Assembly (NCBI RefSeq): GCF_003057965.1
Contig: NZ_CP020921.1
Coordinates: 980,916 to 1,044,915 of the forward strand
Source of the DNA: Thermodesulfobium acidiphilum
Lineage (GTDB): Bacteria > Thermodesulfobiota > Thermodesulfobiia > Thermodesulfobiales > Thermodesulfobiaceae
Direction: 5' to 3'
DNA length: 64,000 nucleotides
Shown here: in pieces, positions 10,906 to 22,324 of the stretch
Position numbering within the stretch: position 1 is the stretch's first letter
Layout: each line of letters begins with the position of its first letter
Notes under the pieces: model-generated
Told to the model about the DNA's origin: nothing
Seen by the model: the letters and a program-made list of their open reading frames with translations, nothing else
The model's database searches: none
Made by a program: the position numbers and the translations under genes

Positions 10906-12963
10906 ATGAGTGCAAAAAAGTCAGATCTTTACAGCCCTGAAATATTTAAATCAGCTCTTATTAATTCCTTCAAAAAGCTAAATCCAAAAGATTTAATCTC
11001 AAACCCTGTTATGTTTTCTGTTGAAATCGGTAGCATACTAACTACTATTGAATTTATTCATGAAATTATAAGTGGTAGTTCAACCCCTCTTTGGTTTACA
11101 GGATGGGTTTCAGTGTGGCTGTGGTTCACAGTAATTTTTTCAAATTTTGCTGAAGCATTTTCAGAAAGCCGCGGTAAAGCAAGAGCCGAATCCTTAAAGA
11201 AATCAAAAACACAGATAATGGCAAAAAAAATCGATAAACCTACATTTGACAGCAAATTTGAGCTCATACCATCTACCTCACTAAAAAAGGGAGATTTTGT
11301 TCTTGTGGAACAGGATGATCTGATACCTGGAGATGGAGAGGTTGTCTCAGGTGCTGCTCTGGTAAACGAATCTGCAGTAACTGGAGAATCCGCACCAGTT
11401 GTAAGAGAGGCAGGAGGAGATAGAAGTGCAGTAACAGGAGGCACAAAGGTTATTTCAAATAGTATCATTGTAAAAATAACTTCAAACCCTGGAGAAACGT
11501 TTTTAGATAGGATGATTTCAATGGTAGAGAGTGCAAAGCGCCGTAAAACGCCAAATGAAGTTGCACTTGAAGTTCTACTAATAGCACTTACTGTGGTATT
11601 CTTTTTTGTAGTAATCAATTTACGAGCATTGTCAATCTATAGCGTTAACTCCTCGGGTCACGGTTCTCCCGTTTCACTTGTAGTGCTTATAGCCTTGTTT
11701 GTATGTCTTGCTCCCACAACTATTGCTGCGCTCCTCCCAGCAATAGGCATTGCAGGAATGGATAGACTTTTTAGAAAGAATGTTGTTGCTCTTTCTGGAA
11801 AAGCAGTAGAAGCAGCAGGAGATGTAAATGTATTACTTCTTGATAAAACAGGTACTATCACCCTTGGAAATAGACAAGCTGCAGATTTTATACCTGTTGG
11901 AAATTACACTAAAGAAGAGTGTGCCAAAATAGCTTTGATGTCATCTTTAACAGACGAAACGCCAGAAGGTAGAAGTATAGTGGTATTAGCTAAAGAAAAA
12001 TACAATTTACGTTTCCATGAATTACCTGCCAATGTCGAAACAATACCTTTTAGTGTAAAGACCAGAATGAGCGGAACAAACATCAATTCTCACAGATACC
12101 GTAAAGGTTCTTTAGACGCTATTAGTGAGTACATAACTCAAAATGGTGGAAAAATTCCAGAAAATTTGGAAGAAGTTGTTATGGAAATTTCAAAATTAGG
12201 TAGTACACCGTTAGTGGTCACTTTCGACAATGATATCGTAGGAGTTATAAATCTAAAAGATATATTAAAAACTGGCATAAAAGAAAGATTTATGCAACTA
12301 CGAAAAATGGGGATAAAAACTGTAATGATCACAGGAGACAATCCTCTTACAGCAGCTACAATAGCGGCAGAGGCAGGTGTAGATGACTTTCTAGCTCAGG
12401 CAAAACCTGAGGACAAGCTCAGACTAGTAAAAGAATACCAACAACAGGGTCTGATGGTCGCTATGACAGGAGATGGAACAAATGATGCTCCAGCTTTAGC
12501 TCAGGCAGATGTAGCAGTAGCTATGAATACGGGCACACAGGCTGCCAGAGAAGCAGCAAATGTAATAGACTTAGATTCCAGCCCTACAAAACTTCTGGAT
12601 ATAGTTGACATTGGCAAACAGCTTCTTATGACGCGAGGAGCTCTAACAACATTTAGTATATCAAACGATATAGCCAAATATTTCGTAATAATTCCTGCTG
12701 CAGTAATATCCATATACCCACAATTAAGTGTTCTAAATATAATGCAATTATCAAATCCTTTTTTGGCTATATTGTCAGCAGTAATCTTTAATGCAGTTGT
12801 GATACCACTTCTTACACCTCTAGCATTGAAAGGTGTTTGGTATAAACCGATGAATGCAGAAAGTCTACTTACATACAATCTCCTCATTTATGGCGGCGGC
12901 GGTATAATTGCTCCCTTTATTGGTATAAAGTTAATATACTTGTTTTTAAGCATATTTATCTAG
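10906..12963 (+). CDS. kdpB: Potassium-transporting P-type ATPase subunit B
   Basis: TGES, DKTGT and [10 protein letters not shown] motifs. Confidence 0.97.
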   Translation: MSAKKSDLYSPEIFKSALINSFKKLNPKDLISNPVMFSVEIGSILTTIEFIHEIISGSSTPLWFTGWVSVWLWFTVIFSNFAEAFSESRGKARAESLKKSKTQIMAKKIDKPTFDSKFELIPSTSLKKGDFVLVEQDDLIPGDGEVVSGAALVNESAVTGESAPVVREAGGDRSAVTGGTKVISNSIIVKITSNPGETFLDRMISMVESAKRRKTPNEVALEVLLIALTVVFFFVVINLRALSIYSVNSSGHGSPVSLVVLIALFVCLAPTTIAALLPAIGIAGMDRLFRKNVVALSGKAVEAAGDVNVLLLDKTGTITLGNRQAADFIPVGNYTKEECAKIALMSSLTDETPEGRSIVVLAKEKYNLRFHELPANVETIPFSVKTRMSGTNINSHRYRKGSLDAISEYITQNGGKIPENLEEVVMEISKLGSTPLVVTFDNDIVGVINLKDILKTGIKERFMQLRKMGIKTVMITGDNPLTAATIAAEAGVDDFLAQAKPEDKLRLVKEYQQQGLMVAMTGDGTNDAPALAQADVAVAMNTGTQAAREAANVIDLDSSPTKLLDIVDIGKQLLMTRGALTTFSISNDIAKYFVIIPAAVISIYPQLSVLNIMQLSNPFLAILSAVIFNAVVIPLLTPLALKGVWYKPMNAESLLTYNLLIYGGGGIIAPFIGIKLIYLFLSIFI

Positions 12964-12974
12964 GTGAGGTAAAA

Positions 12975-13553
12975 ATGAAAAATTTAAAAAGCTGTATAAT
13001 GATTTTTATAATCTTAACTTTTATTACAGGAGTTTTATATCCACTGACAATTACTGCCATCGGACAAATATTTTTTCCATGGCAAGCCAATGGAAGCCTT
13101 ATATATCAAAACAAAACAGCAGTAGGCTCTGCCTTAATAGGTCAATCTTTCGACAGAAAAGATCTATTCTGGTCAAGACCTTCTGGAACACCTGATTATC
13201 CATATAACGCATTGTCCAGTGGTGGTTCAAATTTAGGGCCTACCAATCCCAAACTTATTTCAGAGATAAAAAGTAGAATCGAATTTTTAAAAGAAAACGG
13301 ATTAAAATTGCCAATCCCATCTGATCTGGTTATGGGTTCTGGCAGTGGACTCGATCCTGATATTACACCCGAATCAGCTATGGCTCAAATTCCAAGAATT
13401 TCAAAAGTTACAAACATTCCAGTCGAAACCTTAAAGGAACTGGTTATGAGCAATATTGAACCAAGAGATTTTGGATTTCTTGGAGCTGAAAGAGTAAATG
13501 TTCTTAAATTAAATTTAAAACTTTTAGAATTAGAGAAAAAATATGCCAGATGA
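12975..13553 (+). CDS. kdpC: Potassium-transporting ATPase subunit C
   Basis: QANGSL, SGGSNLGP and SGSGLDPDI motifs. Confidence 0.95.
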   Translation: MKNLKSCIMIFIILTFITGVLYPLTITAIGQIFFPWQANGSLIYQNKTAVGSALIGQSFDRKDLFWSRPSGTPDYPYNALSSGGSNLGPTNPKLISEIKSRIEFLKENGLKLPIPSDLVMGSGSGLDPDITPESAMAQIPRISKVTNIPVETLKELVMSNIEPRDFGFLGAERVNVLKLNLKLLELEKKYAR

Positions 13554-15477
13554 TGATTTAAAAAGACCTTCTCCTGAAGAAATGCTTCAGGTAGCTAAAA
13601 ATGAAGAAAAGTCCAAAAAGGGACAGCTTACAATTTATCTTGGATATGCTCCTGGGGTAGGTAAAACATACTCCATGCTTAGCGATGCCCATTTAAGAAA
13701 AAATGAAGGTATAGATATTGTAGTTGGATATGCAGAAACTCATAATCGTCCAGAAACCGAAAAGCTTTTAGAGGGTTTAGAGGTTATACCTCCATTAATA
13801 GTAGATTATAAAGGCATAAAATTAAAGGAGATAGATTTTAAAAAAATACTCCATAGGAGACCACAAATTGTAATTATAGATGAATTAGCTCATACTAATC
13901 CTCCAAGTTTTCCTAATTCAAAGAGATATCAGGACATAGAAGAATTATTAAATGCTGGAATAGATGTTTATACAGCTGTTAATGTACAACACATAGAAAG
14001 CTTTAAAGATATTGTCCTACAAATTTCAAAAATTCCCATAAAAGAAACGGTACCAGATAATTTTTTTCAACAAGCTTTTGAAATTAAATTGGTAGATCTT
14101 ACACCTGAAGAGCTTTTAAAAAGACTCAAAGATGGCAAAATATATGTCGAAAATATGGCCAGAAGTGCAATTGATCAGTATTTTAAAGTAGGAAACCTTT
14201 TAGCTTTAAGACAAATTGCATTAAGAGTTGTAGCAGATAGCGTAGATGAAAAAATGCGACTATATATGATGCAACATGCAATAGCAGGACCATGGTCCAT
14301 AAAGAAAAAAGTACTTGTAGGGATCTTTGCTAGTCCATATGCAAAACAGCTGGTAAGAGCAACGTATAGATTTGCAAGTGAAATCGATGCACAATGGATA
14401 GCTATTCATGTAGAAACACAAAAAAACAAAACTTTCAACAAGGAAGAAATTGAATGGCTTAATGGAGCACTTGATCTGGTAAGAAAACTTGGTGGTCAAA
14501 TTGTCTGGTTAAAAGGAGATGACGCAGCAAAAGAAATAATCGATTACGCAAAGGGGCACAATGTCACAAAAATTGTTATAGGAAAGCCAAAAAAGTTTAA
14601 TTTATTTATAAAAAGTATACCGGAAAAAATCATAACAGGGACAAAAAACATCGATATATATATGCTTGACTTAAAGGAAGAAAAGATTGATCTTAAGAAA
14701 AAAGAAATTAAATTTACCTATTCAAATCAATATTTAATTGCACTATTCAACATATTTGTAGTATCGATTTTTGGATATATTTTAAAAGGATACTTAAATA
14801 ACATAAATATAATATCTTTATTTTTATTGGCTCTAATTTTTAATGCGTTATTTCTTCAATTTTTACCAGTATTAGTGTCAACCGTTGTAAGTTTGTTGAT
14901 TCTTGATTTCTTATTTATACAACCCTACTATAAGTTTACAATACCAGATTTAAATTACTTTTTCACTATTATTGTTTATTTTATTATAGTTCTAACAATA
15001 AATATATTGACATCAAAACTTAAAGACATTATTAAAACTCTAAAAAATAGTCAAAAAAGAGAAATTGGTTTATACGAATTAAGCACAGATCTTGTTATGG
15101 CAAAAAATATTAATCACGTTTTGTCATTAACGATAAACTATATCAAAAAATTATTTTCATGTGAAACAGCAATATTTATTAAGAAAAATGACAAAATCCA
15201 CCTTGGTGCAAAAACAGAGAAATTCGAAATTAGCCCTGAAATCAAAGGAATAGCGTCATGGTGCTTAATAAACAAAAAAGCAGGAGGATTTGGAACTGAT
15301 ACTTTCTCAAATACAGACTTGCTTTATTTGCCAATGCTTACTGCAAAGGATTCCTATGGTGTAATAGCAATAAAAGTTTCAGACAAAAAAAATTTACAAA
15401 TCGACGATAGAATAGCACTTGATGCTATAGCCAGACTTAGTGCCATGGCACTGGAAAGGATATCCAATTTACCTTAG
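13543..15477 (+). CDS. kdpD: KdpD sensor region (KdpD-N, Usp, TM, GAF) lacking the histidine kinase domains
   Basis: GYAPGVGKTY and DELAHTN motifs; protein ends at ALERISNLP after the GAF domain. Confidence 0.88.
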   Translation: MPDDDLKRPSPEEMLQVAKNEEKSKKGQLTIYLGYAPGVGKTYSMLSDAHLRKNEGIDIVVGYAETHNRPETEKLLEGLEVIPPLIVDYKGIKLKEIDFKKILHRRPQIVIIDELAHTNPPSFPNSKRYQDIEELLNAGIDVYTAVNVQHIESFKDIVLQISKIPIKETVPDNFFQQAFEIKLVDLTPEELLKRLKDGKIYVENMARSAIDQYFKVGNLLALRQIALRVVADSVDEKMRLYMMQHAIAGPWSIKKKVLVGIFASPYAKQLVRATYRFASEIDAQWIAIHVETQKNKTFNKEEIEWLNGALDLVRKLGGQIVWLKGDDAAKEIIDYAKGHNVTKIVIGKPKKFNLFIKSIPEKIITGTKNIDIYMLDLKEEKIDLKKKEIKFTYSNQYLIALFNIFVVSIFGYILKGYLNNINIISLFLLALIFNALFLQFLPVLVSTVVSLLILDFLFIQPYYKFTIPDLNYFFTIIVYFIIVLTINILTSKLKDIIKTLKNSQKREIGLYELSTDLVMAKNINHVLSLTINYIKKLFSCETAIFIKKNDKIHLGAKTEKFEISPEIKGIASWCLINKKAGGFGTDTFSNTDLLYLPMLTAKDSYGVIAIKVSDKKNLQIDDRIALDAIARLSAMALERISNLP

Positions 15478-15486
15478 TTATATTTT

Positions 15487-16341
15487 TTAAGTTAAAAGCT
15501 CATTAATATCAAAAAATTTTCTTAGCTGAAGTTCTTCAACAAAAGTTTCTCCCTTTACGATTTTCACATAAAGTATATTGTATGATGGATCCCCAAAATT
15601 CAAGGGAAAAATCTTGCCACCTGCACCACCCGAGATATAGTAATTTATCCCATTAATAACCTTATGATCATAAAGATGGATGTGACCTTGGAATACCGCA
15701 CTTACTTGATGCTTTGAAATTATTTCTATTGACTTATCATTGCCTTTATAATATGAATGAATCCACCAATCACCATAAGAAGGTGGTTCATGCATAGCTA
15801 CGAATTGAATTTTACGTTTATCTGAAAGCTCCTTTTCCAAAAAGTTGTGTTGATCTTCTGTTACAATGCCTTCAGAATTATCAATACATACTATTTTTAA
15901 GTCTAATTTATCAACGCAGATTGTATAATTTAATGGTCCCATATAATTCTGATATAAGGCTTTGGTAGAATTTCTTACTTCATGATTTCCAATTATTGGA
16001 AAAATAGGGATACCACCGAACATATTGCACATATTTAGAAAATCTTTGTATTCGTATTCGTAACCATCATTTGTCATGTCGCCTGTGAAAAGCACAAATA
16101 AGGGATCAAAAGATCTTGCAAGTTCAAATGACTTTTTTAAAACTTTATCATTCCTATGGCTATCTCCCATTACTATAAATGTAAAATAATCTTCATTAAA
16201 AAATTTTATTTTATTGTTAAGAAGTTCCAAAGACCTCAAGTAAAGGCTATCCTCCTTAGCAAAAAGCTTTGAAGGGAATTCAAATAGAGCAATAGATGTA
16301 AATAAACCAAGAGTAAATTTAACAAAATCTCTTCTATTCAT
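15487..16341 (-). CDS. Tat-exported calcineurin-like metallophosphoesterase
   Basis: MNRRDFVK Tat signal; GDSH, GD, GNHE and GHIH motifs. Confidence 0.85.
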   Translation of the reverse strand: MNRRDFVKFTLGLFTSIALFEFPSKLFAKEDSLYLRSLELLNNKIKFFNEDYFTFIVMGDSHRNDKVLKKSFELARSFDPLFVLFTGDMTNDGYEYEYKDFLNMCNMFGGIPIFPIIGNHEVRNSTKALYQNYMGPLNYTICVDKLDLKIVCIDNSEGIVTEDQHNFLEKELSDKRKIQFVAMHEPPSYGDWWIHSYYKGNDKSIEIISKHQVSAVFQGHIHLYDHKVINGINYYISGGAGGKIFPLNFGDPSYNILYVKIVKGETFVEELQLRKFFDINELLT

Positions 16342-16390
16342 AGGATTATTATACTATCTGAAAATTATATTTTGTTTAAAAAAGTTCACT

Positions 16391-18058
16391 TTGAAATTAA
16401 AAACAAAATATTTAACATTAAAACAAAAAATTGGTATAAAATATTTAAAAGAGGTGGTAAAGTTGAGTTTTAGTCAACTAATGATAACCATTGCTGTAAT
16501 GATTTGTATCTTTATGTCTTCACTTGACATTAGCATTGTAAACGTAGCAATTCCTACAATTAGAGGAGCAATAGGAATATCTATATCAGAAGCTACATGG
16601 ATTTCCACTTCTTATATGCTTGCAAACGTTATAGTAATGCCTGCTATTAATTTTCTTACATCAATGTTTGGTAAAACCAGGTGTTTTTTTGCGGGGGTTT
16701 TGCTTTTTGGAATCGGATCATTTATGTGTGGATTTTCATGGAATCTCGAATCTATTATAATTTTTAGGGCTTTACAAGGAATTGGCGGAGGAGCTTTGAT
16801 TCCCCTATCTCAAGCAATATTAAGGGAAAACTATCCGCCGCACGAACAGGCAAAGGCAATGAGCTTCTTTGGTATAGGCATAGTACTGGGCCCTGGACTG
16901 GGGCCAACTATAGGCGGATGGATAACCGACAACATTAGCTGGAACTGGATTTTCTATATAAATGTACCATTTGTAATTATTGATTTAATCTTGATTTACC
17001 TCTTTATATTAAACAAGTCAGAAAAATTTTCAAAAGATATAGATGTAGATTACATTGGATTGATCACAATGGCAATAGGACTTGGAGCACTTCAGATAAT
17101 GCTCGAAAAGGGTCAGGAATATAACTGGTTTAGTTCACAATTTATAGTAAATCTTGCTATTATTTCACTAGTTTTCTTAACATTGTTTGCAATAAGAGAA
17201 TTGACCTGTGAAAAACCAGCAGTAAATCTAAAGTTATTGAAAAACTTTGGCTTTTCTAACCCAACAATTATTCAAGGAATATTTGGAATGGGTTTGTTTG
17301 CAGGACTATTTTTGATCCCTATTTTATTTCAGGAATCACTAGGATACAGCGCTACTGAAGCGGGGATCGCTATGATACCTAGAAGTATTTCAATGGCAAT
17401 GTTTATGCCTATTGCAGGAAAACTTTATAACAGAACAGGACCTAAGAAAATGATAATGTTTGCCTCAGCTTTAATTTCAATAAGTTTCTTGCCGCTTAGT
17501 TTTATGAACCTTGACACATCAGCATGGGATCTATTTTGGCCTCAATTTTTTCAGGGCATGGCATTTGCATTTATATTTGTCTCATTGAGTACGGTAGCCC
17601 TAATGGCTCTCGAGCGAAAAGATATAGTTTCAGGCGCTGGAATTTTTAATCTTGTTAGAGTACTTTGTGGAAGTATAGGCACAGCAGTTTTTGCCACCGA
17701 ACTTGAAAATTATCAAACTATAAATAAATTTTACCTTACAGAACACGTTATAACAAATAGTCCTTACACCGTTCAGGGTTTTATGACAAATCCAGCAACA
17801 CTTTTAAATCCTTATACAACTTCACCAGCAATTACAAACTTTTTTGCTGGAATAAACCAAGTACTTTTGATGCAAGGAGCAAGTGCAGCCGATCTTCAAA
17901 GCAAAGCTTATACAATGCTCAATAATTTCGTAGACAGACAAGCTCTAATAATGGCATTTAACAACGTATTTTTTTTACTTTGTTTGCTTTTTTGCGTCTC
18001 TTTTATTTTAAGCTTATTTATAGTAGAGAGAAAGTCGTCCTGGCATAAAGAAATATAA
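16391..18058 (+). CDS. DHA2 (EmrB/QacA) MFS efflux transporter
   Basis: LDISIVNVAIP, WISTSY, FRALQGIGGG and WIFYINVP motifs. Confidence 0.9.
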   Translation: MKLKTKYLTLKQKIGIKYLKEVVKLSFSQLMITIAVMICIFMSSLDISIVNVAIPTIRGAIGISISEATWISTSYMLANVIVMPAINFLTSMFGKTRCFFAGVLLFGIGSFMCGFSWNLESIIIFRALQGIGGGALIPLSQAILRENYPPHEQAKAMSFFGIGIVLGPGLGPTIGGWITDNISWNWIFYINVPFVIIDLILIYLFILNKSEKFSKDIDVDYIGLITMAIGLGALQIMLEKGQEYNWFSSQFIVNLAIISLVFLTLFAIRELTCEKPAVNLKLLKNFGFSNPTIIQGIFGMGLFAGLFLIPILFQESLGYSATEAGIAMIPRSISMAMFMPIAGKLYNRTGPKKMIMFASALISISFLPLSFMNLDTSAWDLFWPQFFQGMAFAFIFVSLSTVALMALERKDIVSGAGIFNLVRVLCGSIGTAVFATELENYQTINKFYLTEHVITNSPYTVQGFMTNPATLLNPYTTSPAITNFFAGINQVLLMQGASAADLQSKAYTMLNNFVDRQALIMAFNNVFFLLCLLFCVSFILSLFIVERKSSWHKEI

Positions 18059-18101
18059 AACAAGAATAATATAATTCAAAACTGCATTATAAGGCACTAT
18101 A

Positions 18102-19268
18102 TTAAACAATATAAGACCTAAAATACTTAGCTCCAGCTATCCCTACGTAATCGTAGTCAACATCCCAATAAAAACGGGCACTCATAGCAACATGGGGTAG
18201 GGGAATAAATCTCTTTTTTTGATATAACAATCTTTCATAAAGAGGATCAGCAATTATGTAATCGATATCAGATTGATTCATTAAATCGGAAATCCTTGAT
18301 TCAGAACTGCTAAATTCATCTTCTCCTGAAAACCTGATAAAACTGTTTTGGAGTTCTTTTAGCGTCGATAATAAATTTTTTAAAGGCAGAACTGAAATAA
18401 TTCTTGATTTAATATTTAGCTCTGCCTCCAAAAAGAACTTAAGACTAAGAGCCATAATTGGTTCTCCAATAATTAAAGCTTTTTTAGAAGATTTAAGATT
18501 AAATGTTAAAGAAAAATCTTTACCTTTAATTAATTTAAGATAATACTCCTGCAATTTTTCTCCAATCGGAATACCAACAATATATGGGATTTTAAATGCT
18601 TCATACATGTATTGCGCTAATGATAGCCCACTTAAACCTACTACAAGGTTTAAACTGGCTGAACTTGACTTTTTAATATCATCCAAAGGAGAAAATCCCC
18701 AGGTGCTTATTACCTTATGGCCACTACTTTCTAATAGAGAAATCAGAGGTTTAAGGTGTTTAAGATGACCAACATCCAAGTGAATAGCTCCTAAGATGTT
18801 TACAGAATTTGGTACTTTTGGAAGTGATTTTAGAAAAACCTGAGCTACAGCTAGATTTGCCTTTTCAGCTCCCTCAAGATAGCTTTCTGTCCCTGAAGTT
18901 TTAATACAAAGCACAGGTGTATTCAATCTTTTTTGAATAGCCTGAGTTAAACCTCTTAAGTCTACTCCAATAATAGCTGAAACTGGTGTACCACAAAGAG
19001 CAACAAAGTTCCTGTTCAAATCTTGAGCTACGTTTACAATTCTTTCTACAAACTCAGGATCTTTCCCCAAAATAACATCCATCTCAAGAAGTCCAGCTCC
19101 AACTATGGTAGTTTTGCCTCGGTACCACCTGGGTTCATCTTCAATATTTATATGCCAGGCGCCACCTGCAGGACCATAAACGACAATTATTCCACCAAGC
19201 TCATAAAGAGCACTACTAGCACCAAAATACCCAGATGGAAGTGGTAAAAGATTGTGCAAAAAGTTCAT
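18102..19268 (-). CDS. Nitrogenase component-1-like (Nfl) subunit, Cys-poor
   Basis: SALYELGG...GPAG...DEPRWY, DVILG, GTPVSAIIGVD and VNILG match the nitrogenase oxidoreductase fold; adjacent to nifH-like gene. Confidence 0.8.
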   Translation of the reverse strand: MNFLHNLLPLPSGYFGASSALYELGGIIVVYGPAGGAWHINIEDEPRWYRGKTTIVGAGLLEMDVILGKDPEFVERIVNVAQDLNRNFVALCGTPVSAIIGVDLRGLTQAIQKRLNTPVLCIKTSGTESYLEGAEKANLAVAQVFLKSLPKVPNSVNILGAIHLDVGHLKHLKPLISLLESSGHKVISTWGFSPLDDIKKSSSASLNLVVGLSGLSLAQYMYEAFKIPYIVGIPIGEKLQEYYLKLIKGKDFSLTFNLKSSKKALIIGEPIMALSLKFFLEAELNIKSRIISVLPLKNLLSTLKELQNSFIRFSGEDEFSSSESRISDLMNQSDIDYIIADPLYERLLYQKKRFIPLPHVAMSARFYWDVDYDYVGIAGAKYFRSYIV

Positions 19269-19276
19269 ATACCCTC

Positions 19277-20569
19277 CTAAATCAAAAGATTGTGCTTATA
19301 AATCCAGTCATAGTTACTGATGGGTTTGGAGACATTTCGTATAATTTCTTCAAAAAGCCATAGCGCAGCTTCGAAACCAAATACCTGATTTTGGTAACGT
19401 GAAAGCGGAATATTAACAGCTCTGGAACAATAAACGCCAGCATCTACCCCAAAAGCAAGATCAATGCCGTCAAAAGCATTAGACTCTTCGTTCAAGTACG
19501 GATGAGCAACATTATAAACATAAGTCTCAGGACTGTTTTCTGAAAGCCATTTAATATATTTCCACTCATAGGCTTTTGGAACATTTCTGACAAATATAGC
19601 CTCTATCCTGGCACCAAACTGTACTAAAGCACAGGCTAATTCAAAAGGGCTACCAAGAATACTACAACCAACAGCTACTCGTTTATCCTTTAAAATGTCT
19701 AATTGAAGTCGCTCGTTGGTAATATCTTTAAATGATAAATAATTAAGTTTCCGCTGCAATATTCTTTCAAGACTTTGATATTGAAGCTCAATTTCTTTTA
19801 TCCCATAACTCACAGGACAAAAAATATAAGGGATACCCCATTCCGTTTCAATTTTTTTGGCCAGAATATTACCAAGCGGGTGTATCACAATATTTAAACT
19901 GGCATTTGCCATCTCTTTTAAATCAATAATATTCTTACAGGTAGGAATTTGATAAATTTGTTCAAAACCGATTTCTTTTAATAAATTGTAAAGTTCACTC
20001 TTCTCTGATAATGGCAAGAAAGTACCAAGAATATTGATAACCTTTTTATCCTCTTTCGTTCTTTTGTCCTTTAAAAATTCAAATAAAGCAGTATATGCAA
20101 TCTCAAAGGGTGAAGGTTTAAGACCAATAGTTAAAGGAGCCATTACCAGATAAATAACCTCTATACCTAGTTCCTCTTTGATTTCTCGCATAACTTCTTT
20201 ATAGTCAGTACCCAAAATGTGATCGCAACATGTACCTGCCAAAATTAGGATTTGAGGCGATTCCTTTAAGGCAACTTCTTTTAAAGCTAATTTTACTCGG
20301 TCAAAGTGCCTACCCATAATAATATCTATTTCTTCTAGTGGTAACATATAAAAACGTTTAAAAAAACCCCTCGCATGAGCCATAAATGCCGAGTGTCTTA
20401 AACAGGCCAACGGTCCTATCATCAAACAGACACTATCCGGCAAAAGTAAGGTAGTCTCCACAACTCCCCATCCAGAAAGATTAGGCCCTACTGCTTCCAG
20501 AGGGGCAAAAGGGAAGTCGTTTTTAGCCTTAAAATCAATAATCTTTGTCCGAGTCTTTTCTATCAGCAT
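19277..20569 (-). CDS. Nitrogenase component-1-like (Nfl) subunit
   Basis: [28 protein letters not shown] and INILG motifs. Confidence 0.8.
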   Translation of the reverse strand: MLIEKTRTKIIDFKAKNDFPFAPLEAVGPNLSGWGVVETTLLLPDSVCLMIGPLACLRHSAFMAHARGFFKRFYMLPLEEIDIIMGRHFDRVKLALKEVALKESPQILILAGTCCDHILGTDYKEVMREIKEELGIEVIYLVMAPLTIGLKPSPFEIAYTALFEFLKDKRTKEDKKVINILGTFLPLSEKSELYNLLKEIGFEQIYQIPTCKNIIDLKEMANASLNIVIHPLGNILAKKIETEWGIPYIFCPVSYGIKEIELQYQSLERILQRKLNYLSFKDITNERLQLDILKDKRVAVGCSILGSPFELACALVQFGARIEAIFVRNVPKAYEWKYIKWLSENSPETYVYNVAHPYLNEESNAFDGIDLAFGVDAGVYCSRAVNIPLSRYQNQVFGFEAALWLFEEIIRNVSKPISNYDWIYKHNLLI

Positions 20570-21318
20570 AGGTCTTTCTCCACTATATACCTGGCTAGCT
20601 GAATAAAGGTTTGACTTATTGGAAGATCGGGATCAAGTTCAATTGTAGTCTTCCCTTCAGATTCGGCTTTATTGATATTTTCATCTCTAGGAATGATGCC
20701 TAAAATTCTGGTATTCATTTCTTTAGCAAAAGTCTCTACCCTTTCTATTTCATCAGAGATATTTTTTCTATTTAAAATCAAGCCTCCAAGGCGGGCATAG
20801 TTGCGTGCAGTAAAGTTTCTAATGGCCTGAATTATATTTCTGGCTGAATATAATGCTAGCTTCTCTCCAGAAGTAACAATAAGTACTGTTTCAGCATAAC
20901 CTTCCCACATGGGCACAGCAAATCCACCACATACGACATCACCTAAGACATCATAGAAAATCACATCAGGTTTATACGTTTCATAAGCGTTCAAATCGTT
21001 TAAAAGCTCAAGCGCAGTAACGATACCCCGACCAGCACATCCCTGTCCTGGCGTAGGCCCTCCAATTTCAAAACAAACTGTATTTTTAAAACCAATTTTT
21101 GTTATTTCATCTATAGTATTAGGAATACCATTTTCTTCTATAAACCTGAGTATAGATTTAGGGGGGTTACCTCCCAAGAGGTTCATTGTAGAATCTGCTT
21201 TAGGATCACAACCTATTTGCATAACCTTCTTTCCCATCAAAGCAATAGCAGCAGATAGGTTTGATGTTATTGTAGACTTTCCAATCCCACCTTTACCGTA
21301 TATTGCTATTTTTTTCAT
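20563..21318 (-). CDS. Nitrogenase iron-protein-like ATP-dependent reductase (NifH/BchL/CfbC family, divergent Nfl type)
   Basis: [25 protein letters not shown] and [11 protein letters not shown] motifs; only 251 aa. Confidence 0.92.
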   Translation of the reverse strand: MKKIAIYGKGGIGKSTITSNLSAAIALMGKKVMQIGCDPKADSTMNLLGGNPPKSILRFIEENGIPNTIDEITKIGFKNTVCFEIGGPTPGQGCAGRGIVTALELLNDLNAYETYKPDVIFYDVLGDVVCGGFAVPMWEGYAETVLIVTSGEKLALYSARNIIQAIRNFTARNYARLGGLILNRKNISDEIERVETFAKEMNTRILGIIPRDENINKAESEGKTTIELDPDLPISQTFIQLARYIVEKDLC

Positions 21319-21322
21319 AGAT

Positions 21323-22324
21323 TTATAAATCTCCTTTCAACTTTAACGAATGTCCTTTATCCTTTGATATCTGGAGTTCTGCCTTTTTTATAACTGATTC
21401 TGCCTCTTCTATATCAACATAACGCTTTGCCGGTGCACATTGAAATTCGAACTCAACCTTTTCCTCCCTACTTTTTGGAAACGGATTACAATTAGGCATT
21501 AAGACATTGCATCCACCCAGCAAGAAACAAAGAAGTTGACCGTTTTCAGGTTTAAGTGTTGCCACAGTGTTTGCTGCTGCTATGTGTGTATTTTTGGTAA
21601 CGATACGTGTCAGTGCAAAAACTCTCAGCATAAGATCAAAGCTCCCCGCAGGATAACTTTTTAGTGGCGTTTGAGGATGTGGGATAAAGGGCCCAATATT
21701 AATCATATCAGGTTGAAAGTCCTGAAAGAAGATAATATCATCAGCCAGATCGTCGATGGTTTGAAATGGTAATCCTACGATATTCCCAGCTCCTACTTGA
21801 AAACCTATCTTCCTTAAAAACTCCAAGGCATTTAACCTGTCTTTAAGCTTTTTGCCTGGTCGCATCCTTTCGTAAAGCTTTTCATTCATCGTTTCATGTT
21901 TCATTAGATACCTATCAGCGCCAGCATCTCTAAAAGCTCTGTAATCATCATAATCTCTTTCTCCAAGGCTAAGAGTAATAGCTACATCGTGTTTTTCTTT
22001 AATCCTTTTAATAATGTTACACACTTTTTCTCTTGTATAAAAAGGATCCTCTCCAGATTGTAAAACTACAGTTTTTATACCCTTTTGGGCGATCTCACAA
22101 CCTAGACAAACTATTGTATCTTCATCCATACGGAATCGTTCCATTTCTTTGTTACTCTTTCTTAACCCACAATAAAGATCATCACATATACAATAATTAG
22201 AAAAGTGAACAACACCCCTTATATGAGCTCTATTGCCACAGTACTTTTTTCTAACTTTTACTGCTTCTGTGAATATATCATTACTGTTTTGTACTAACAA
22301 TTCGATAACTTCTTCTCTGTTTAT
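21323..22324 (-). CDS. hydE: HydE-like radical SAM protein with atypical cluster motif (start either ATA 22324 or TTG 22300)
   Basis: [39 protein letters not shown] and [10 protein letters not shown]; adjacent to hydF. Confidence 0.75.
   Translation of the reverse strand: MNREEVIELLVQNSNDIFTEAVKVRKKYCGNRAHIRGVVHFSNYCICDDLYCGLRKSNKEMERFRMDEDTIVCLGCEIAQKGIKTVVLQSGEDPFYTREKVCNIIKRIKEKHDVAITLSLGERDYDDYRAFRDAGADRYLMKHETMNEKLYERMRPGKKLKDRLNALEFLRKIGFQVGAGNIVGLPFQTIDDLADDIIFFQDFQPDMINIGPFIPHPQTPLKSYPAGSFDLMLRVFALTRIVTKNTHIAAANTVATLKPENGQLLCFLLGGCNVLMPNCNPFPKSREEKVEFEFQCAPAKRYVDIEEAESVIKKAELQISKDKGHSLKLKGDL

Noticed and set aside
9360-12887. Antisense ORFs within kdpA/kdpB, and similar short shadow ORFs across the window
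   Set aside because: They are opposite-strand or alternate-frame shadows of well-supported genes, with no motifs
18102-21318. Nitrogen fixation (nifHDK)
   Set aside because: Subunits are short and lack full P-cluster and FeMo-co ligand motifs; no nifB/E/N in the window
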